From Alphaproteobacteria bacterium (GTDB lineage: Bacteria > Pseudomonadota > Alphaproteobacteria > Rs-D84), in contig WRCA01000001.1 in assembly GCA_009784275.1 (NCBI GenBank), positions 62,404-126,403 of the forward strand: a stretch of DNA of 64,000 nt. The letters run 5' to 3'. The stretch's first letter is position 1. Each line of letters starts with the position of its first letter. Made by a program: the position numbers and the translations under genes. Below the pieces are notes generated by a model. The model saw only the letters and a list, made by a program, of their open reading frames with translations, was not told the origin of the DNA and searched no databases. Positions 16,905 to 26,112 of the stretch are shown here, one piece after another.

Positions 16905-18215
16905 GTGAAAAAATTTCTTTTACTCTTTTACTCTATTACTCTTCTATTCTGTGCGGGCGTATCTGCGCAGGCAGCCACAGAAATTCGCGACACAGAGACT
17001 GAATCCGTATTGATGGAACTTATTACTCCCATTACTCGCGCGGCCGGCATTGCCGACGGGCGCGTGCGCTTGCATATCATCGGCGATGATGACTTCAATG
17101 CTTTCGTATCCAATGGCGAAGATATTTTTGTTTATACAGGCTTACTGATACGCATTAAATCAGCGAACGCTTTGCAAGCCGTCGTCGCGCACGAAATGGG
17201 TCATATGATCGGCGGGCACATGGCGCAGATGTCCGCGCGCATGAAGGCTGAAATGACGCGCAGTTTGATAATGCAAGTGCTGGGCGTTGGACTGATGGTT
17301 GCGAATCCTATGGCCGGCGCCGGATTGTTGGCGGGCAGCCAAAGCGTCGCGAAACAATCCATGCTGTCATTTTCCCGTGATGAAGAACGCCTGGCTGACG
17401 ATGCCGCCATAAATTTGCTGGTGAAAGCAAAGCTTGACTCGAATGGACTAATCGAGGTACTGGAACAGATGCAAGAAATCACCGGCGCCGCGGAAGCCCG
17501 TATTAATCCGAATAACGCAAACCATCCACTTACAGCAGAAAGACTGAAGAATGTAAGGGAAAAGATAAAGGAAAGTAAAAAAGGACAAAAGACAAACGGA
17601 GAAAGTTATGAACTGATCCGTGCGAAGCTGATCGGGTATTTGCAGAAAGAAACACAAGTTGAAACCAAGTATCCTTCCAAAGATACTGGGGACCCGGCGG
17701 TTTATGCTCATTCCATCAGATTCATGCGCAGCGGAAATTTGCAGATGGCGAAGACTGGCGCACAGACCCTGATTTCACGGCACCCCGACAATCCTTTCTT
17801 TTATGAATTGTTGGGCGATATCGAATATCAATTCGGACATTATGATGACAGCGTAAAGGCATATGAAAAAACACTTGATGAATTAAAAGCAAAAGGCACA
17901 AATGCTCCGCAGATAGAAACTGCATTGGCATTGGTTTTAAGTGAGCGCAAAAAGCCCGGTGATAACGAACGCGCAATAGAATTAAGCAAACGCGCAATTC
18001 TGTCCGAACCAATTCCGCTTTCTTATTGGGTTTTGGCAAAGGCTTTTGGCGACAAGGATGGACGTAGTGACTGGGCGCGCGCCGAATACTATAACCTGAT
18101 GAAAAACGAAAAACAGATGAAACGCTATGCGAAATCCGCGCGTGAAAAACTGCAAAAAAATTCCCCGGAATATCTTAAAGCGGGGGATCTTTTAAATAAA
18201 AAAATAGAAAAGTAA
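16905..18215 (+). CDS. M48-family zinc metalloprotease with TPR-like C-terminal domain (BepA-like)
   Basis: 436 aa with a signal peptide and the motif HEMGHMIGGH (HExxH). The helical repeat-like C-terminal half is as in BepA/YfgC. Confidence 0.8.
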   Translation: MKKFLLLFYSITLLFCAGVSAQAATEIRDTETESVLMELITPITRAAGIADGRVRLHIIGDDDFNAFVSNGEDIFVYTGLLIRIKSANALQAVVAHEMGHMIGGHMAQMSARMKAEMTRSLIMQVLGVGLMVANPMAGAGLLAGSQSVAKQSMLSFSRDEERLADDAAINLLVKAKLDSNGLIEVLEQMQEITGAAEARINPNNANHPLTAERLKNVREKIKESKKGQKTNGESYELIRAKLIGYLQKETQVETKYPSKDTGDPAVYAHSIRFMRSGNLQMAKTGAQTLISRHPDNPFFYELLGDIEYQFGHYDDSVKAYEKTLDELKAKGTNAPQIETALALVLSERKKPGDNERAIELSKRAILSEPIPLSYWVLAKAFGDKDGRSDWARAEYYNLMKNEKQMKRYAKSAREKLQKNSPEYLKAGDLLNKKIEK

Positions 18216-18218
18216 TTC

Positions 18219-18584
18219 TTATTTCGGCGCGACTGTAAACTTTGCGCTTAATGGTTCAGTCGTTATTATTTCTATCTTCAATTCTTCCCCGCCACGTGTG
18301 AATATTTGCAGGTTGCTGTCATCTTTAATCTTCTTCCATCCCAATTCATCCAAAGCATCACGATAAAAACGTTGGAACTGGCGACGAGTAACCTCATCAC
18401 TGGCCACCGTGGTTTGCGCTATTTTTCCATCCGGCTGGGAATACACAAATCCATCGTCTTCCACGACATAAGTTTTTTCCATCTTCGGTATGTCTTCAAA
18501 ATTAGGCAGCCATTCATCAGCGCTGGCACCGCCCGCGTAGAGAAAAAGGGAAGAAGAGAAAAAGAGAATAAAAAATTTCCTCAT
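18219..18584 (-). CDS. small secreted hypothetical protein
   Basis: The start is set at MRKFFILFFSSSLFLYAGGASA (signal peptide). The ORF-track start is 18632. Confidence 0.6.
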   Translation of the reverse strand: MRKFFILFFSSSLFLYAGGASADEWLPNFEDIPKMEKTYVVEDDGFVYSQPDGKIAQTTVASDEVTRRQFQRFYRDALDELGWKKIKDDSNLQIFTRGGEELKIEIITTEPLSAKFTVAPK

Positions 18585-18665
18585 TATTTTTATTTTATCA
18601 TAAATAAAAAATCCGTGCAATCGTATTCGCAAAATGGTATAATATTACAATAAATAGGGGCGGAG

Positions 18666-20486
18666 ATGAGAGTTTTAACAAGTTTTTTTGTTATTTCAGC
18701 CTTGGTCTTGATGGATTCCGTTGCTGTCAGTGCCGTGGGCAGCGGGCGCGCAAGGCCCGGGTCTGTCACCGGCGTGCTGATGCAGAAAGCGCAAGATGAA
18801 GCGCGCATGCCTGGACTGGATGTAAATAATTGCCCGAACTGTGAAAAGCCTACCCCGCCGCCGCCACCGCCGCCGCCAATAAAGCCAGAAAACCCTTGCG
18901 GTGAAGTTATTCCTATGCTGGGCGTTGATATTTGCGTTGCACGCAATGCTTGCGAAGGCATCAAAGCTGATGGACATTCCGGTGTTTTTGATGAAACCAA
19001 GATGAAATGTCAGATTCCGGTTTGCGCACATAACTGGTCTGGGGTTATTAAAAAAGGCGGCGAAGATGTTTGCGGGTTGGTAGAAATGGGCACCGCACTA
19101 CGATGTGATGCCAATTTATTTGACCAGATTACCGTGATGCGGCGAACCAGCCAATGGGTTGCACCCTTGATGGCTGCGGGCGGCGCAGGAATTGGCGCGG
19201 GCGTTGGCGCGATAATCGATAAGAATCAAAATGCGAAAGCAGCGCACTTGGCAACATTGGCCAATGAAAATGAAGCCGCTTATAAAGGCGGTCAAGCTGG
19301 CGCCGCAAAGATAATGTTTGATGGCAGACCTTATGATCTGCCGGCGCAAGCCGCGGAATTAAGGGCCGCGCTGTCGGGCAATCGAAACTTGGACAACAAG
19401 ATTCAGCAAGCGATTAATTTGATCAATAACTGCACTGCACGCATATTCCATGACTTGGTACGCCTCGATGTCGATGGTTTCAGAAAATGGGGACGGATAA
19501 AGGTAACGGTGGGATCTGACTGCACATCCGATGTACATGACAACAGCGTAAAATTCTGCCAGTTTCAGAATATACATGCATCGACAGATAAAACTGCAGA
19601 TTGCAGCAAAGTCAGCTTTGTCAGGGCTTCGAATTTCAGCAATCCATACTTGCCGAATAACAAGCATCAAAATCCAAAACTGGAAGAATATTATTTTTAT
19701 CCTGAAAATAATGGGAATTTAATGTCGGGGGAAATATCTTCTGCTACTTGCCTGTTCCGTGACAGTCAAGGTTCCGCTGAACTTGATAATGACGCGACAA
19801 TACAGATGGATCTTTGGCGTATGAACTTTCTGACGCGTTATATTATGATGGCAACACAAGCGCAAAATTCAAAATTTAAATCCGACCTGGTAACCGCTTT
19901 GAATAAGTTTGAATTTTCCGCTAGCTCGGTAGACTCTGGGGTAAATAATTATGACATATTAAACTGGATCGTCGTAAGAAGTAAAAATGACAGCGATAAT
20001 TTCGGAAACGTTCCAAACGGTACTTGCAATTGGCAAGGCATTAACAGCTTGTTACCTGGCGAAGAATATCTGGGCAGCGCGGCATCTGTGGCGGATGATT
20101 CTACTAAAAACATTTTGATGGAAGCTTATGGCGCCCTTTTGGCATTAAGAGCACATGGTAATTTGAATGCCGAATTAGAAGCTTTGTTTGGAGTGTTGGA
20201 TTCGATTCAAGTCAATGCCGTTGGTATCGGCGGTATTCATGAAGGGTTAGGTGATCGCATAAATAAAGACCTTGGCAAGGATCGTCCTTGGTATCAGACC
20301 GCAACTGCACGCGGCGCACTGATTGGCGGTTTGGCGGGCGCAGCTGGCGGATTAGGATATTGGTTCGCCGAAGGCGCCAGCACGTTCTGTAATGTCGGCG
20401 GGTTCGAGCAAGTGAAACTAAACAAAAGTTATTCAGTTCCAACATTCAGAGAATACTTACTGAATAAAGGATTCATGCAACAATAA
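18666..20486 (+). CDS. secreted Cys-rich hypothetical protein with poly-Pro tract and glycine-zipper segments
   Basis: 606 aa with a signal peptide and a PPPPPPPP tract. Gly-zipper-like segments are AAGGAGIGAGVGAII and ARGALIGGLAGAAGGLG. The C-terminal tail resembles that of the 37259-38884 protein. Confidence 0.8.
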   Translation: MRVLTSFFVISALVLMDSVAVSAVGSGRARPGSVTGVLMQKAQDEARMPGLDVNNCPNCEKPTPPPPPPPPIKPENPCGEVIPMLGVDICVARNACEGIKADGHSGVFDETKMKCQIPVCAHNWSGVIKKGGEDVCGLVEMGTALRCDANLFDQITVMRRTSQWVAPLMAAGGAGIGAGVGAIIDKNQNAKAAHLATLANENEAAYKGGQAGAAKIMFDGRPYDLPAQAAELRAALSGNRNLDNKIQQAINLINNCTARIFHDLVRLDVDGFRKWGRIKVTVGSDCTSDVHDNSVKFCQFQNIHASTDKTADCSKVSFVRASNFSNPYLPNNKHQNPKLEEYYFYPENNGNLMSGEISSATCLFRDSQGSAELDNDATIQMDLWRMNFLTRYIMMATQAQNSKFKSDLVTALNKFEFSASSVDSGVNNYDILNWIVVRSKNDSDNFGNVPNGTCNWQGINSLLPGEEYLGSAASVADDSTKNILMEAYGALLALRAHGNLNAELEALFGVLDSIQVNAVGIGGIHEGLGDRINKDLGKDRPWYQTATARGALIGGLAGAAGGLGYWFAEGASTFCNVGGFEQVKLNKSYSVPTFREYLLNKGFMQQ

Positions 20487-20510
20487 AAATCCGGCGAAAG
20501 CCGGATTTTT
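20486..20510. terminator. bidirectional intrinsic terminator
   Basis: aaaaatCCGGCgaaaGCCGGattttt lies between convergent genes. Confidence 0.75.
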
Positions 20511-22563
20511 AATTTACTATTAACTCTTTCCCTTTCACATCTACATCGACTGTGGTGCCGTCAAGGATTGTGCCCGCAAGTATTTTATCCGCAATCGGAT
20601 CTTCGACCGCTGACATAATCAAGCGTTTCAATGGCCTTGCGCCAAACATCGGGTCATATCCATTTTCGCCCAGCCATGCGATTGCTTTATCGGAAACATG
20701 CAATGTAATGCGACGCTCGCTTAAACGGTGTTCCAGATTCCGCAATTGGATTTTTACGATGCCCGGCATTACATTTTTACCCAGCGCATCAAACCAAACT
20801 ATTTCATCGATACGATTTATAAACTCTGGGCGGAAGTGTTTGCGCACCGATGCATCGTCCCGCAAGTTACTGGTCATGATTATAATTGTATTCGTAAAGT
20901 TAACCGTCCTGCCCTGTCCATCTGTCAGTCTTCCATCATCTAATATCTGCAGAAAGATATTGAATACATCTGGATGGGCTTTTTCGATTTCATCAAACAG
21001 CAAGACTTGATAAGGGCGGCGACGGACCGATTCCGTTAACGCCCCACCTTGTTCATAACCGACATATCCCGGGGGACTGCCGATAAGGCGCGATACGCTG
21101 TGCGATTCCATATATTCGCTCATATCAATTCTTGTCATTGCCGTATCATCGTCGAATAATTGTTCCGCCAAGGCTTTGGCAAGTTCCGTCTTACCCACTC
21201 CTGTCGGTCCCAGGAACATAAAGCTGCCTGATGGACGATGCGGGTCTGATAATCCTGCACGTGAACGGCGCACTGCACGCGCAACTGCGCCGACCGCATT
21301 ATCTTGTCCCACGACACGTTTTTTCAATTCGTCTTCCAGATTTAGTAATTTCGATTGTTCGTCGCCTGTTAATTTTTCTGCCGGGACGCCAGTCCAGCGG
21401 CTGACTACCGCGGCAATATGTTCCGGCAATACTGTCTTATATTCTTTTGCAGTCTCGAATTCCGCGATGATTTTTTCTAATTCCGGAATTTTTCCATACT
21501 GCAGCGCGCTGGCTTTTTCAAAATCACCCGCACGCATCGCGACGGCAACCTCTGCCTTTGCACTATCCAGCACCGCCATAGCATCCGACAGTCCGCGCAT
21601 TTTCTTTTGCTCTGCCTTCCAGTCCGCGGTCATCTTTTCGGATTCAGCCGATACGTCCGCGATTTGTTTTTCCAATTCTTTCAAGCGTTTTTTAGAATCT
21701 TCGTCTTTTTCTTTTTTCAATGCTTGCTGTTCGATTTTCAGCTGCATCAATCGACGGTCGATTTCATCCAGCTTTTCTGGCTTGCTGGCGATTTCGATGC
21801 GAACGCGCGCCGCGGCTTCGTCCATTAAATCAATCGCCTTATCCGGCAGAAATCTATCCGTGATATAGCGGTCTGACAGGCGCACCGCCGCAACAATCGC
21901 GGCGTCGCTGACGCGCACTCCGTGATGGCCTTCGTATTTTTCCTTTAATCCGCGCAGGATAGAGATTGAATCCGCGACACCCGGCTCATCCACAAACACA
22001 GGCTGGAAGCGTCGCGCCAGCGCTGGGTCTTTTTCGATATACTGGCGATACTCGTCCAGTGTCGTTGCGCCCATCGCATGCAATTCCCCGCGCGCAAGCA
22101 TGGGTTTCATCAGATTTCCGGCATCCATGGAACCTTCGCCTTTACCAGCGCCGACCATTGTATGAAGTTCATCAATAAACAAAATAATCTGCCCATCGGA
22201 ATCCTTGACGGCTTTCAGTACCGCCTTTAAGCGGTCTTCGAATTGTCCGCGAAACATAGCGCCCGCCATAAGCGCGCCTATATCCAGCGACAGTAATTTT
22301 TTACGCAGCAGATTTTCCGGAACGTCGCCCGCAATGATGCGGTTGGCCAAACCTTCGACGATTGCCGTTTTCCCGACGCCAGGATTTCCAATTAAAACAG
22401 GATTATTTTTTGTGCGGCGTGATAATACCTGAATCGACCGACGAATTTCTTCGTCACGTCCTATAACAGGGTCCAGCTTTCCATTTGCCGCCAGAGCGGT
22501 AAAGTCAGTTGTGTATTTTTTTATCGCCTGTTCAGGTGTTTCTTTCATATCATCTGGATTCAC
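20509..22563 (-). CDS. clpB: ClpB-type AAA+ disaggregase lacking the N-terminal domain
   Basis: Two Walker A motifs ([16 protein letters not shown]), a coiled-coil middle domain, and [31 protein letters not shown] near the N-terminus. The start is placed at the GTG at 22563, 6 nt after SD AAGGAG. The ORF-track TTG start is 22584. Confidence 0.88.
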   Translation of the reverse strand: MNPDDMKETPEQAIKKYTTDFTALAANGKLDPVIGRDEEIRRSIQVLSRRTKNNPVLIGNPGVGKTAIVEGLANRIIAGDVPENLLRKKLLSLDIGALMAGAMFRGQFEDRLKAVLKAVKDSDGQIILFIDELHTMVGAGKGEGSMDAGNLMKPMLARGELHAMGATTLDEYRQYIEKDPALARRFQPVFVDEPGVADSISILRGLKEKYEGHHGVRVSDAAIVAAVRLSDRYITDRFLPDKAIDLMDEAAARVRIEIASKPEKLDEIDRRLMQLKIEQQALKKEKDEDSKKRLKELEKQIADVSAESEKMTADWKAEQKKMRGLSDAMAVLDSAKAEVAVAMRAGDFEKASALQYGKIPELEKIIAEFETAKEYKTVLPEHIAAVVSRWTGVPAEKLTGDEQSKLLNLEDELKKRVVGQDNAVGAVARAVRRSRAGLSDPHRPSGSFMFLGPTGVGKTELAKALAEQLFDDDTAMTRIDMSEYMESHSVSRLIGSPPGYVGYEQGGALTESVRRRPYQVLLFDEIEKAHPDVFNIFLQILDDGRLTDGQGRTVNFTNTIIIMTSNLRDDASVRKHFRPEFINRIDEIVWFDALGKNVMPGIVKIQLRNLEHRLSERRITLHVSDKAIAWLGENGYDPMFGARPLKRLIMSAVEDPIADKILAGTILDGTTVDVDVKGKELIVN

Positions 22564-22583
22564 ATCGAACTCCTTTATGCGCA

Positions 22584-22613
22584 AAATATAGTTATTTTTG
22601 CTTGACTTTCAAG
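22584..22613 (-). promoter_or_regulatory. candidate heat-shock (RpoH-type) promoter of clpB
   Basis: The minus strand reads CTTGAAA-15nt-CTATATTT. The -35 equals the sigma32 consensus and the -10 matches only partially. Confidence 0.35.
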
Positions 22614-22657
22614 GCGGCTTAATGTAATTTATCCCGCAGTCAATAAAGGATTATACC

Positions 22658-23026
22658 ATGCCAAGAATGTGCCAAGTCACAGGAAAGAAAACACAAGTCG
22701 GAATGAATGTTTCGCACTCAATGCGTCATACAAAACGCACATTTCTGCCGAATTTACAAAAATTGAAGTTCAAGAGCGAGATTCTGGGACGCGAATTTTC
22801 GCTGCGTATCTCTACCGCAGGCTTGCGCACCTTGATAAAGCACGGCGGATTGGACGCATATGTCATGGCAAAGCCGATTTCCCGCTTGTCCGAAGATATG
22901 GCAGCGGTTAAAAAGGCGATCGATAAAAAGCTGGGCAATAAACCAGTTGCGAAGCCGGCGAAAAAGCCAGCGCACAAGCCTTTGCGCAGCGCGCGTTTGG
23001 TAAAAAAGACAGCCGCAAAGAAATAA
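22658..23026 (+). CDS. rpmB: 50S ribosomal protein L28 with Lys/Ala-rich C-terminal extension
   Basis: MPRMCQVTGKKTQVGMNVSHSMRHTKRTFLPNLQ matches the L28 N-terminus. Confidence 0.9.
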   Translation: MPRMCQVTGKKTQVGMNVSHSMRHTKRTFLPNLQKLKFKSEILGREFSLRISTAGLRTLIKHGGLDAYVMAKPISRLSEDMAAVKKAIDKKLGNKPVAKPAKKPAHKPLRSARLVKKTAAKK

Positions 23027-23033
23027 ACCATCT

Positions 23034-23118
23034 GGCCTTGTGGCGGAACTGGTAGACGCGCTTGACTCAAAATCAAGTTCTGAAAGGAGTGTCGGTTCGA
23101 TTCCGACCAAGGCCACCA
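23034..23118 (+). tRNA. tRNA-Leu (anticodon CAA)
   Basis: Acceptor stem is ggccttg/caaggcc, the anticodon loop CTCAAAA. It has a long variable arm, the T-arm gtcggttcgattccgac, and an encoded CCA. Confidence 0.92.
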
Positions 23119-23124
23119 GAAACT

Positions 23125-23149
23125 AAACGACCCATTTGGGTCGTTTTTT
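23125..23149 (+). terminator. intrinsic terminator
   Basis: aaaCGACCCatttGGGTCGtttttt. Confidence 0.8.
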
Positions 23150-23153
23150 AATT

Positions 23154-23894
23154 TCAAGATTTGACTCGGCAGATATAGCCTTGGAATACTCTGTTTGTTT
23201 TGCTTTTATCTTTTATTAAAAATGGCATTAATATTTCAAATCCGCTGGATTCTATCAAATCAATAAATGCCTCTAGTGTATAATTTGTGCGAAACCTTTG
23301 TATCTTTTGGTCTTTTAATTTTGAAAATCCAAGGGTTTTCTTTGAGAATATTCCCGATTTTTTATTCTTTTCCACTGAAGTAGAAACATAAATACATCCC
23401 GTCGGTTTAAGCCAAGTTTTGACCCTTTCCAGAAGTTCCCGCGCATCCTCTATCGGCAGCTGGCAGAGCAGTGACATCATGGTTATTACATCAAATTGCT
23501 CCGCCGGAAAATCTCTATCAAATATGTTGCCAGGGAAAATTTCGGATTCTGGGCTTATTTTACCGGCCACTTCGCACATTCTGGAGGATAAATCCACCCC
23601 TGTCGTTTTATACCCCATGTCTGCAAAGTATCGCATTACATAACCAATCGCGACGCCAATATCCAGCATTTTTGGATTTTTTGGCTGCCCTGCAATCAAA
23701 TCGGTAAAAAGAATTTCTTTTCGATAATTAGAGGCGTCTATTTCATGAAATCCCAGCATTCTTCCATTCTTAAGCAATTTAGGGACCAGTTTGAAAAGGC
23801 CGCCATGGTCCGCAGCATCGGCTTGCCGTTGCTGCTCCTCATAAAACGGCGCCAGGATGTCATACGCCTTTTTGTTGATCTCTATATAATTCAT
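23154..23894 (-). CDS. class I SAM-dependent methyltransferase
   Basis: 246 aa. Motif I-like MLDIGVAIG, followed by an acidic residue after beta-2 (GVDLS). Confidence 0.7.
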   Translation of the reverse strand: MNYIEINKKAYDILAPFYEEQQRQADAADHGGLFKLVPKLLKNGRMLGFHEIDASNYRKEILFTDLIAGQPKNPKMLDIGVAIGYVMRYFADMGYKTTGVDLSSRMCEVAGKISPESEIFPGNIFDRDFPAEQFDVITMMSLLCQLPIEDARELLERVKTWLKPTGCIYVSTSVEKNKKSGIFSKKTLGFSKLKDQKIQRFRTNYTLEAFIDLIESSGFEILMPFLIKDKSKTNRVFQGYICRVKS

Positions 23895-24009
23895 GGGGAA
23901 TATATTAGTATTATTGCATTATTTGTCAATACTTAAGTCGTTTTTCACTGGAACATATTTCGGCATATGTTATAATCCTAACTGTCAATATTTTAAGGTT
24001 TGGATAAAC

Positions 24010-25569
24010 ATGAAAAAACTCGTCGTGTATACCTGCATATCTGGCGGTTATGATAATTTGATCAAGCACAAATATATCAATCCTGATTGCGATTATGTTT
24101 GTTTTACTGACAACGAAAAGCTTTTATCACGCGGAAAATCCGGTCCTTGGGAAATTCGTCCGCTGGCGTTTGATAAGATGGACAATGTTCGCAATTCGCG
24201 CTGGCATAAAACTCATCCGCATATTCTTTTTCCAGATTACGAGCAATCTATGTGGATAGACGGCGGCATAGATGTTCTGGGGCCGCAAGTCTTCAATGCT
24301 TATAAAAAAGCTTATAAAAAATCGCGCAGTCCTATTTTACTTGCCGAACATCTCAGCCGTGATTGCGCATATCAAGAATTTGACGCGTGCATAGATTTCG
24401 GCAAGGATTCCATAGAAAAAATAGATGAAGCGCATCAGTTCGTTCTGTCAAAGAAAATGCCGGAAAAATACGGCCTTGCGGTAACAAGAATAATGTTTCG
24501 CCGGCATCTTAACCCGACGATTATAAAAATTGACGAGCAATGGTGGGATATGATAAAAAATCATTCCCGTCGCGATCAGCTGTCATTCACATATGTATTA
24601 TGGAAAAACAAGATAAAGACAAAAGATGTCGCGATTATCCGCCGCAAGCATAATGATGGATGGTACACGATCGATTATGTGCATGACCCGGCCGGAAAGC
24701 CATTTTATGAACGCTTCGGCATAGAAGATACATGGGACGGACATCGCCAATTCAGCGTATTTGGTAAGAAAATTTTTTCTTGGACGCCCCGGTCTGTAAA
24801 AAAAGACTTATTGCTTCGATACAAAAGATGGTTCAACTGGGCGGAATATTCGCTTGTTCGAAAGTCAGACGGAATACATATAGAAGGCAACGGACTTCAT
24901 ATAGTCGGTACCGCTGACAACACCCTGTGGACGGCGAAGGGCGTTCTGCAACGCCGCGAATACAATTTTGATACAGGTCGCGAAGATTGGATGGTAATTG
25001 ACATAGGGCTGAATATCGGAATATCGGCGCTTTATTTTGCTCGTCGTATGGCGGTAAAAGAAATTTATGCATTTGAACCATTTAAACCAACAATGTCCCA
25101 AGCGCGAAAAAATATGCGTCTTAATCCGAAATTAGCAAAGAAAATAAAACTTTTCGATTTCGGATTATCCGATCATGATGAAACCTTGTCTTTACCATAT
25201 AATCCAAAGCTTCCGGGCGCACAGTCGTCCATAAAAGAAAAGCAGATAAAAGACGACGATGCCAAGGTTATAGAAAAAATCAAGTTGCGTCGCGCCAGCG
25301 ATGTTTTGCGTCCGATTTTAACGAAAGATAAAAAACGCAAAATCATGATGAAGATAGACTGCGAAGGGGCAGAACGAGAAATTATCCCAGACCTTGCAAA
25401 GGCAAAATTATTGGGGCGTGTAAACAACATAATTATGGAATACCATGATGGTCATTATAAACCGCTGGTGAAAATCCTGAAGCAAAACGGTTTTAATGTC
25501 AAAGTAACAGATCAACATGAATCCGGTGTTGGTATGATAAAGGCAGAAAGGTTGAAAAAAACCAGATAA
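24010..25569 (+). CDS. fusion protein: DUF616-like glycosyltransferase N-domain + FkbM-family methyltransferase C-domain
   Basis: The N-terminal part (VVYTCISGGYDNL...CDYVCFTD...WHKTHPHILFPDYEQSMWIDGGI) fits the DUF616 pattern. The C-terminal part (VIDIGLNIG...AFEPFKP...IDCEGAEREI) fits FkbM. The start is set at the ATG at 24010. The ORF-track start is 23893. Confidence 0.7.
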   Translation: MKKLVVYTCISGGYDNLIKHKYINPDCDYVCFTDNEKLLSRGKSGPWEIRPLAFDKMDNVRNSRWHKTHPHILFPDYEQSMWIDGGIDVLGPQVFNAYKKAYKKSRSPILLAEHLSRDCAYQEFDACIDFGKDSIEKIDEAHQFVLSKKMPEKYGLAVTRIMFRRHLNPTIIKIDEQWWDMIKNHSRRDQLSFTYVLWKNKIKTKDVAIIRRKHNDGWYTIDYVHDPAGKPFYERFGIEDTWDGHRQFSVFGKKIFSWTPRSVKKDLLLRYKRWFNWAEYSLVRKSDGIHIEGNGLHIVGTADNTLWTAKGVLQRREYNFDTGREDWMVIDIGLNIGISALYFARRMAVKEIYAFEPFKPTMSQARKNMRLNPKLAKKIKLFDFGLSDHDETLSLPYNPKLPGAQSSIKEKQIKDDDAKVIEKIKLRRASDVLRPILTKDKKRKIMMKIDCEGAEREIIPDLAKAKLLGRVNNIIMEYHDGHYKPLVKILKQNGFNVKVTDQHESGVGMIKAERLKKTR

Positions 25570-25590
25570 AATATGATGACCTTTTTCCCC

Positions 25591-25618
25591 TTGCAATTAT
25601 TTCTAATATTCCTATAAT
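25591..25618 (+). promoter_or_regulatory. sigma70-like promoter TTGCAA-16nt-TATAAT
   Basis: Hexamers read directly in the sequence. Confidence 0.45.
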
Positions 25619-25801
25619 GTATATACATAGCCACTTGGTTCCCCCACGGGGGCAGACTGCAATAGTGTAAGTCGGGGTGTAAAAACGCCTGAATGTATGC
25701 TGGGTACATGCTTTCCAGCAAACCAATCCTTAAAAACAACAGAAACCAGTAAATTTGGCAGAAATGCCTGGTTTGCCGTTTTATATCAAAGGATTGAGAC
25801 C

Positions 25802-25993
25802 ATGAAAGAAAAAAATAAGAAAATTGTCAGGATAGTGATCGTTGGTGGTGTTATTCTTGTCATTACTTTGCTGGGGACCGTAGCCCTGTCTATTGTGGCG
25901 CTGGGAAAAGGCCACGAAATGTGGGAAGAATATAAATATAACAAACAAGAAACAGCCAAAATTACAAACCAACAGACTATCAAACAGCAGTAA
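25802..25993 (+). CDS. small single-pass membrane protein (63 aa)
   Basis: MKEKNKKIVRIVIVGGVILVITLLGTVALSIVALG..., one TM helix. The ORF-track start at 25697 is judged an extension. Confidence 0.5.
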   Translation: MKEKNKKIVRIVIVGGVILVITLLGTVALSIVALGKGHEMWEEYKYNKQETAKITNQQTIKQQ

Positions 25994-26078
25994 AAAGTCC
26001 ATTTTTGGGACAGAATGAGGCTTTTTTGCTTGATTTTTCGCCATAATTTATTGCCAAAACTTTTTTGTTAATTCATGC

Positions 26079-26106
26079 TTGACAAATGGTGTTTTTGTAT
26101 TATATT
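26079..26106 (+). promoter_or_regulatory. sigma70-like promoter TTGACA-16nt-TATATT
   Basis: Consensus -35 hexamer. It drives the candidate sRNA. Confidence 0.55.
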
Positions 26107-26112
26107 AGTAGA

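Noticed and set aside
22726-23157. 143-aa and 120-aa minus-strand ORFs
   Set aside because: They overlap rpmB and the tRNA-Leu gene on the opposite strand, and their sequence is low-complexity.
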